A DNA stretch of 64,000 nucleotides from contig OZ024754.1 in NCBI GenBank assembly GCA_964016885.1, positions 13,144,001-13,208,000 of the forward strand, in the 5' to 3' direction. Position 1 is the first letter of the stretch, and each line of letters starts with the position of its first letter. The notes below the pieces were generated by a model that was not told the origin of the DNA, made no database searches, and worked only from the letters and a program-made list of their open reading frames with translations. Positions 55,707-64,000 of the stretch are shown piece by piece. The stretch comes from Eledone cirrhosa. Taxonomy: Eukaryota. The position numbers and the translations under genes are program-made.

Positions 55707-55834
55707 ACAAAGGAATTGTGGTAAGGAACCAGATAGACCATAACGCACCAGAGTACTCAATACTTAGGGTAGTAGAGTGGGAAATAGCCGTCGAAACGGC
55801 TTGAGCTCTGCCGTCGGGGTCATACTTTTTCCTA
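55707..55834. mobile_element. Family A insert with collapsed hairpin
   Basis: Minus-oriented tail joined at GAAATAG to a plus-oriented short arm. Confidence 0.75.
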
Positions 55835-55898
55835 TTTATATATATATATATATATATATATGTCTAAGCCGGTACATACCTCAACTAAATCATGCGCG

Positions 55899-55960
<62 letters not shown>

Positions 55961-55961
55961 A

Positions 55962-56262
55962 AAAGGGTAAAGACCCCTTCGGTCACGAATGACCATGGGA
56001 TTTGCACCTAGAAAGTTTCCCTCTGAGGCGCAAGCCTGGGCAAGGTTTGTTTTGTGGAAGACCAGCAGTCGCCCATGCATACCAGTCTCCCCTCTCCACG
56101 CCACAGATGTTGTCCAAGGGAAAGGCAATGGCCGATACAGCTTGACACCAGTGACGTCTCAACTCATTTCTACAGTAAACTGGAGCAACGCATCACCCGG
56201 TCCGAGAATCGAACTCACAACCTTCCGATTGCAAGTCCAATGCTCTAACGACTAAGCCATGC

Positions 56263-56266
<4 letters not shown>
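55962..56266 (-). mobile_element. tRNA-head SINE, second family, long copy
   Basis: Minus strand starts GGCGCATGGCTTAGTCGTTAG...GAGTTCGATTCTC. Confidence 0.75.
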
Positions 56267-56361
<95 letters not shown>

Positions 56362-56587
56362 ATGAAGGTGTCTGTATCTTTGCATTCATATCACAGGAAG
56401 TATATAAAACTTCGTCAAATTGAACAATGGAGATGCAAAAACATTGATATGACATGAGATGTTTCCAGGAAACAATAAACGTTAAAAAAATTTTCTATAA
56501 CCTCACCAGAAAAATTGTAGGGAGTCGTTAACAATGGGAATCTAGGCTTATGTCCAACTTGAACTCCTAATATTATTCCTATCTCAT

Positions 56588-57251
56588 GGCGGTGGATTGG
56601 CAGTATCGGTAGAGGGCCGGACGCCATGCTTTCCAGCGTAGTTACGTCCCTTTACGATCTGAGTTCAAATCCCGCCGAGGTTGACTTTGCCTTTCATCCT
56701 TACGGGGTCGATAAAATAAAGTACCAGTAATGCACTGGGTAATTGCTGGCCTTGTGCCTAAAGTAGAAACAATTATATTTAGGGCGGTGAATTGGCAGTA
56801 TCGGTAGAGGGTCTGACGCCATGCTTTGCAGCATAGAGTTACGGCCCTTTCCATTCTGAGTTCAAATCCCGCCGAGGTTAACTTTGCCTTTCATCCTTAC
56901 GGGGTCGATAAAATAAAGTACCAGTAATGCACTGGGTATTTGCTGGCCTTGTGCCTAAAGTAGAAACAATTATTCCTATCTCAGGTTCGTTTTGTATATC
57001 GGCACACTTCTTTAAATATAAATTTAAATATAAAATAACTGTTTCTACTTTTGGCACAAGGCCGGCAATTTTGTGTGTGGGGTCGATTAAGTCGACCCTA
57101 GTACGTTACTGGTACTTTATTTTATCGACCCCATAAGGATGAAAGGCAAAGTTAACCTCGTTTAGATTTGAACTCAGATCATAAAAGGCCATGATTCTAT
57201 GTTACAAAACATGGCGTCCGACTATCTACAGATACTGCCAATCCATCGCCC
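56588..57251. mobile_element. Three octopus-type SINEs (56588-56773 +, 56782-56971 +, 57037-57251 -)
   Basis: Shared SINE sequence. Confidence 0.85.
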
Positions 57252-57262
57252 TTGTAAAGTAA

Positions 57263-57914
57263 TCTTTATATATAAAACTGAGAATGTCTTTGTGTATGTG
57301 TGTGTGTGTGTGTGTGTGTGAGTTTGAATCCCTAAAACTCGAGAAGTACCCAACCGATTTTTATCAAACTTTACATGTGTATTATTTATGTTTCAGGGAG
57401 TGTTTTGCACATACAATTCAACTTTTTGATCTCCTAGTGCCTGCATTAGGTGAAAACTTGCGCTTTTTCAGCTTTTGGGGGGATTTTTGAGGCGTTATGT
57501 CAGACCGATTTCCTTGAAATTGTAACTATGTATTAGTCAGTCTCTTCTTCATACCTTGATCAATGAAAATCCAACTTTTTTATTGCCTAGGGCCCGCATT
57601 AGGTGAAAAACTTTATTTTTTCAGCTTTTTAGGGGTTTTTGAGGCGTTACATCTCGCCGATTTTCCCGGCAATTTCAAGGCATATTATGCACATTAAAAA
57701 AATTCATTTTCTTGATCCTCTAGGGCCCGCATTAGGTGAAAATATGTAATTTCACTGCTTCATCGAGGGAAATCTTAAAGATTATCCAGCCATCAGAGCA
57801 TTCGGTTTATTTTCTTTACATATTATCCAGGCATGCAGTTTTTCCACGATTAGGTCTGTTGGCGGCCCGCGTTCCAAAATACCTTATCCCGTGCAAGCCG
57901 GGTACCACTGCTAG
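57263..57914 (+). mobile_element. Non-autonomous Helitron-like element
   Basis: 5' A|TC start (TCTTTATATATAAAA), internal (GT)n and three GCATTAGGTGAAAA repeats, subterminal hairpin CCCG..CGGG, 3' CTAG|T. Confidence 0.75.
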
Positions 57915-57943
57915 TATAATATAATATAATATAATATAAAATA

Positions 57944-58410
57944 ATTGTTTCTAATTTTGGCACAAGGCCACCAATTATCCCAGTGCATTACTGGTACTTT
58001 ATTTTATCGAGCCCATAACGATGAAAGGCAAAGCTAACCATGGCAGGATTTGAACTCAGAACATAAAGGGTTATAACTCTATGCTGCAAATCATGGTGTC
58101 TGACGCTCTACCGATTCTGCCAATCAACCACCCTTATAATATAATATAATATAATATAATATAATATAATATAATTGTTTCTACTTTTGGCACAAGGCCA
58201 GCAAAAACCCAGTGTATTACTGGTACTTTATTTTATCAGTAATACACTGGGTAATTGCTGGTCTTGTGCCAAAAGTAGAAACAATATTTTATTGACCCCG
58301 TAAGGATGAAAGGCAAAGTTAACCTCGGCGGGATTTGAAACTCAGTCCGTAAAGGGACGTAACTCTATGCTGGAAAGCATGGCGTCTGACTCTCTACCGA
58401 CACTGCCAAT
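57944..58410 (-). mobile_element. Two octopus-type SINEs (57944-58133; 58174-58410 with internal inverted duplication)
   Basis: Shared SINE sequence with (ATAAT)n tails. Confidence 0.8.
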
Positions 58411-58956
58411 ATACTAATATAATATATAATATAATATACAAAAAAATATCCATAGTTCTATCCTGGTTTTACCATCGGTGTATATAAAAAATATAAAATT
58501 TCAAAATTCATTGTTATATATATATACCCATTCACATATATACACGCTCAGACGGTGAGGGTGGGGGATGGTGAGAGGGTGTAGGATTATAGACGAGGAG
58601 ACTGTTGCTATACGTTATTATTCTCGAGAACAAAAGAGAGATTTTAAATAGTTCATTATTACTGAGTAAACATGTTATAGTCAGATACAAATAAACACAC
58701 GTGTGTGTATGTATGTATGTATGTATGTATGTATGTATGTATGTATGTATGTATGTATGTATGTATGTATGTATGTATGTGTCTATGTGTGTATGTATGT
58801 ATGTGTGTATGTACGTGTGTATGTGTGTGTGTATATAAGTATGTGTGTGTGTGTGTATATAGGTATGTGTGTGTGTATGTATGTGTGTATATCTGAGCGT
58901 GTGTGTGTGAGTACACACACACACTCATATGTATATATATACACACACATATACAC

Positions 58957-58993
<37 letters not shown>

Positions 58994-59000
58994 GATATAA

Positions 59001-59046
<46 letters not shown>

Positions 59047-59055
59047 TATGTATAA

Positions 59056-59111
<56 letters not shown>

Positions 59112-59563
59112 GTATATATATGTATATATATATACATACATATCTATATATGTATATACACATACACGTATATATATACATATGTACATATGTATCTATA
59201 TATGTGTAAGAATATGTATGTTTGTAATATATATAGTTACACATAGAGGCACACTCACTCACATACACATACACACACTCACACACATACATTCGCACAT
59301 ATACACTCGCACACATACACTCTCACACACATACACTCACACACATACACTGCCACACATACACTCGCACATATACACTCACACACATACACTCACATAT
59401 ACACTCACACACAATCACTCACACATATACACTCACACATATACACTCGCACATATACACTCACATATATACACTCACACACATATACACTCACATAAAT
59501 ATATATTAAATGAAAATATTTTCTTTCACTATGAAAATAAGCCTGCCGGTTGTTTTTACCATA

Positions 59564-59609
<46 letters not shown>

Positions 59610-59689
59610 ATACCTACCTGTCTGACTGTGTATATATACACGATTGTGTATATATATATATATACCTGCCTGTCTAACTGTGTATATAA

Positions 59690-61450
59690 GAGTATATGTC
59701 TGTTTGTGTATATATACCTGACTGTGTATATATGAGTATATGTCTGTTTGTGTATATATACCTGACTGTGTATATATGAGTATATGTCTGTTTGTGTATA
59801 TATGTACCTGACTGTGTATATATGAGTATATGTCTGTCTGTATATATACCTGACTGTGTATATATGAGTATATGTCTGTTTGTGTATATATGTACCTGAC
59901 TGTGTATATATGAGTATATGTCTGTCTGTATATATACCTGACTGTGTATATATGAGTATATGTCTGTCTGTGTATATATACCTGACTGTGTATATATGAG
60001 TATATGTCTGACTGTATATATACCTGACTGTGTATATATGAGTATATGTCTGACTGTATATATACCTGACTGTGTATATATGAGTATATGTCTGTTTGTG
60101 TATATATGTACCTGACTGTGTATATATGAGTATATGTCTGTCTGTATATATACCTGACTGTGTATATATGAGTATATGTCTGTCTGTGTATATATACCTG
60201 ACTGTGTATATATGAGTATATGTCTGACTGTATATATACCTGACTGTGTATATATGAGTATATGTCTGTCAGTATATATACCTGACTGTGTATATATGAG
60301 TATATATCTGACTGTGTATATATACCTGACTGTGTATATATGAGTATATGTCTGACTGTATATATATACCTGACTGTGTATATATGAGTATATGTCTGAC
60401 TGTATATATACCTGACTGTGTATATATGAGTATATGTCTGTTTGTGTATATATGTACCTGACTGTGTATATATGAGTATATGTCTGTCTGTATATATACC
60501 TGACTGTGTATATATGAGTATATGTCTGTCTGTGTATATATACCTGACTGTGTATATATGAGTATATGTCTGACTGTATATATACCTGACTGTGTATATA
60601 TGAGTATATGTCTGTCAGTATATATACCTGACTGTGTATATATGAGTATATATCTGACTGTGTATATATACCTGACTGTGTATATATGAGTATATGTCTG
60701 ACAGTATATATACCTGACTGTGTATATATGAGTATATATCTGACTGTGTATATATACCTGACTGTGTATATATGAGTATATGTCTGACTGTATATATATA
60801 CCTGACTGTGTATATATGAGTATATGTCTGACTGTATATATACCTGACTGTGTATATATGAGTATATGTCTGTCTGTATATATACCTGACTGTGTATATA
60901 TGAGTATATGTCTGACTGTATATATACCTGACTGTGTATATATGAGTATATATCTGACTGTGTATATATACCTGACTGTGTATATATGAGTATATGTCTG
61001 ACTGTATATATATACCTGACTGTGTATATATGAGTATATGTCTGTCTGTGTATATATACCTGACTGTGTATATATGAGTATATGTCTGACTGTATATATA
61101 CCTGACTGTGTATATATGAGTATATGTCTGTCAGTATATATACCTGACTGTATATATATGCGTATATGTCTGACTGTATATATACCTGACTGTGTATATA
61201 TGAGTATATATCTGACTGTGTATATATACCTGACTGTGTATATATGAGTATATACCTGACTGTATATATATACCTGACTGTGTATATATGAGTATATGTC
61301 TGACTGTATATATACCTGACTGTGTATATATGAGTATATATCTGACTGTGTATATATGAGTATATATCTGACTGTGTATATATACCTGACTGTGTATATA
61401 TGGGTATATATCTGACTGTGTATATATGAGTATATGTCTGTCAGTATATA
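59690..61450. repeat. ~39-43-bp minisatellite (TACCTGACTGTGTATATATGAGTATATGTCTG...)
   Basis: About 40 homogeneous tandem units. Confidence 0.95.
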
Positions 61451-61469
61451 TGTCTGTGTATATGTCTGC

Positions 61470-61504
<35 letters not shown>

Positions 61505-61617
61505 CATACACACACCACACACACATATATATATATGTAGACATACACACACCATATATATATATATAGACATACACACACCACACATATATATATATAT
61601 ATATAGACATACACACA

Positions 61618-61654
<37 letters not shown>

Positions 61655-61670
61655 TACACACACCACACAT

Positions 61671-61727
<57 letters not shown>

Positions 61728-61736
61728 TACACACAC

Positions 61737-61772
<36 letters not shown>

Positions 61773-61971
61773 TACACACACCACATGATCTATATATAAC
61801 CATGTATCAGTATATGTATGTTTACTTAACTATAATACTTTGGATGTTTGTCTAATGGTGGCAGTAAATTAACTCTGCTTCGTCTCTACAACTTCAGCGA
61901 CACCATCATTAGACAGAGATTTAAATCTGGTCATGTGATCCTGCCTCCACCATCCAACACCACCATTTAAT

Positions 61972-62322
61972 CTTTCTTCTTCTTCTTCTTCTTCTTCTTT
62001 GTTTTCTTTTTCTTCTTTTTCTTTGTATTGTTTTTCTTATTTTTCTTTGTTTTCTTCTTGTTTTTCTTCTTCTTCTTCTTTGTATTGTTTTTCTTATTTT
62101 TCTTTGTTTTCTTCTTGTTTTTCTTCTTCTTCTTCTTCTTTGTATTGTTTTTCTTATTTTTCTTTGTTTTCTTCTTGTTTTTCTTCTTCTTCTTCTTCTT
62201 TGTTTTCTTTTTCTTCTTTTTCTGCGTTTTCTTTTTCTTCTTTTTCTTTGTATTGTTTTTCTTATTTTTCTTTGTTTTCTTCTTGTTTTTCTTCTTCTTC
62301 TTCTTCTTCTTCTTCTTCTTCA
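61972..62322. repeat. CTT-derived ~57-60-bp higher-order repeat
   Basis: Repeated TTTGTATTGTTTTTCTTATTTTTCTTTGTTTTCTTCTTG blocks. Confidence 0.9.
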
Positions 62323-62399
62323 CCCCCCCCCCTCCTCCTCATCATCATCATCATCACCATCATCATCTTCTTCTGTACGACAGACTGTTCTATACCAGG

Positions 62400-62545
62400 G
62401 TAGTGGGTATGACGTCATCACACACTATCGTAGTAACAACTCACCCTTCAACCTGCGAAGACTTCTGGTCCTGATTAAAGGTAACAGGTTTTACTACAGT
62501 TCTGCAGGTTTTGTTGACTGATGACTGCTCTCTTAATGCAGGCAT
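62400..62545 (+). pseudogene. RTE (BovB-type) reverse transcriptase remnant
   Basis: HYRSNNSPFNLRRL, then (frameshift) LQVLLTDDCSLNA, matching YRxDGxLFNLRRL...ELLFADDCAL. Confidence 0.6.
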
Positions 62546-62554
62546 GCTCTGTGT

Positions 62555-62845
62555 CTACACCTGGGTCTCCTGCAGGTTGCTTTTACCCGCGATATCTGCC
62601 CAGCGATTCCTTCCTGAGACATTCTAACCATATGCCCTTAATATCGGAGCTGTGATCTTTCAATTCGCAAAAGTAGCGGCTCTAGCCGGAGTGACTCCTG
62701 ATCTCCGAGTTACGCCCTCTATCGAGTAACCTTACACCCAACGCCCTTTGGAGGATTCCCACTTCGACCAGCTTGTATTCTCGATCGTATTCTTTCGGTC
62801 ATTACCGACGATGTAAATGGCAGTAATTTCCAAAGTTAACATAGC
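62555..62845 (-). pseudogene. RTE-clade LINE C-terminal remnant
   Basis: Frameshifted MTERIRSRIQA...LLDRGRNSEIR...EPLLLRIERSQLRY*GHMVRM...RRPR. Confidence 0.65.
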
Positions 62846-62856
62846 TTTCTCTAGAC

Positions 62857-63159
62857 CCGTGGTTCCCAACGTGGGGCGCACCACGTAGGGGTGAGGGTAC
62901 GGGTGGGGCCTATTTGAAAATGAAGTTAATGAGAGCAAACTTCAGATTTTTACCGTATTACTTTTACACCAAGGGAACTTTGGAACGAATTATGCTCGGA
63001 AACTCCTGTCTCACCTTCTCCACACATGTTATTGTGCATCTGGCACAACTCATCCGCTATTTAGTTTACACTTTTACTCTATTTTTATATCAAATAGGGG
63101 TATAAAAATGTTTGAGATGTTGAGGTGGGGCATGGGGTACAAAAGGTTGGGAACCTCTG
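62857..63159. mobile_element. hAT (Charlie-like) MITE
   Basis: TIRs CCGTGGTTCCCAAC / GTTGGGAACCTCTG; 8-bp TSD CTCTAGAC / CTCTAGGC. Confidence 0.8.
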
Positions 63160-63522
63160 CTCTAGGCGTATAGAGACATTATTTGGATGGCGGGGAGTAC
63201 CTCATCGGTTTATTTCATTTCTAAGTTGCTTGCTAATGTTCAGATTTTCTCATAGGAATCGTCTTGCGGGAGAACCAGAGGAAGTATTGCAGTGGAGGCT
63301 GAATAACAATGAAACACTTATCAGTTTTTAAACCGTTGCCTTTACCGCAAGTGATGACGTGTATTCCCTGTGGTGTAAATACAAACCTGGACGAAGGAGC
63401 GCCGGTCAGATTTATACATGTTGCTTCTTGGCCACAAACAAAACGCCCTTATACATACACAGACACATATACCACACATATATTTATCTGTGTGTTTGTG
63501 TGTGTATGTATGAGTATATATA

Positions 63523-63571
<49 letters not shown>

Positions 63572-63631
63572 GTGTATGTATATATATATATATATATATA
63601 TGTGGGTGTATATATATATATATATATATGG

Positions 63632-63670
<39 letters not shown>

Positions 63671-63723
63671 AGTGGAAGCTTAGTAAAATCGAAGCTTTGG
63701 CTGCGGCCAATCATAGGTCATGT

Positions 63724-63822
<99 letters not shown>

Positions 63823-64000
63823 CAGAAAGTGAAAATATATGTGTGTGTGTATGTGTATAGCAGTGTTCCCTAGTGTTTATCATCACAGCATAAATCAATT
63901 AGACATTACGACTGCTCTCTAAGTTTGAGATCGATAAAACACACCAACTTTTGTACTTTAAGCGCAGCCTTCGGAGACGTCTTGAGAAAGAGGAATTAAG

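Noticed and set aside
60269-61786. 505-aa repetitive ORF
   Set aside because: Product of a minisatellite with variable unit length.
62516-62530. CTGATGA motif
   Set aside because: Encodes the TDD of the RTE RT remnant; no hammerhead stems.

Overview
Eukaryotic, very AT-rich, microsatellite-saturated DNA with no supportable host protein-coding gene; almost all ORF-track entries are translations of (TA)n/(CA)n/(CTT)n/(GTT)n repeats. The dominant tRNA-derived SINE resembles the abundant octopus SINEs, so an octopod cephalopod genome is likely (inference). The main content is a dense population of Penelope-like retroelement (PLE) material inserted into (TA)n tracts. It includes one 5'-truncated RT+GIY-YIG PLE with an uninterrupted ORF and ~760-bp inverted arms (36626-39896), a second open RT-thumb+GIY-YIG fragment (27671-29206), several decayed PLE ORFs, and 19 head-to-head fold-back inserts. 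About a dozen unrelated sequence families carry hammerhead ribozyme (HHR) motifs, most with a palindromic stem III of the dimer-cleaving type. Most unusual: a non-coding ~540-nt direct-repeat element (375-1008, 35117-35672) and two related or unrelated inserts (13625-13717, 32691-33041) carry the hammerhead strands in a non-circularly permuted order (stem III'/cleavage site/stem I', then stem II'/GAAA/stem III, then stem I/CUGAUGA/stem II), with compensatory changes in stem I. Also present: SINEs, LINE remnants (CR1-like, RTE, RLE-type), mariner and hAT MITEs, a non-autonomous Helitron and several minisatellites. All structures were read by eye; coordinates of element ends are approximate and nothing was computed or database-searched.
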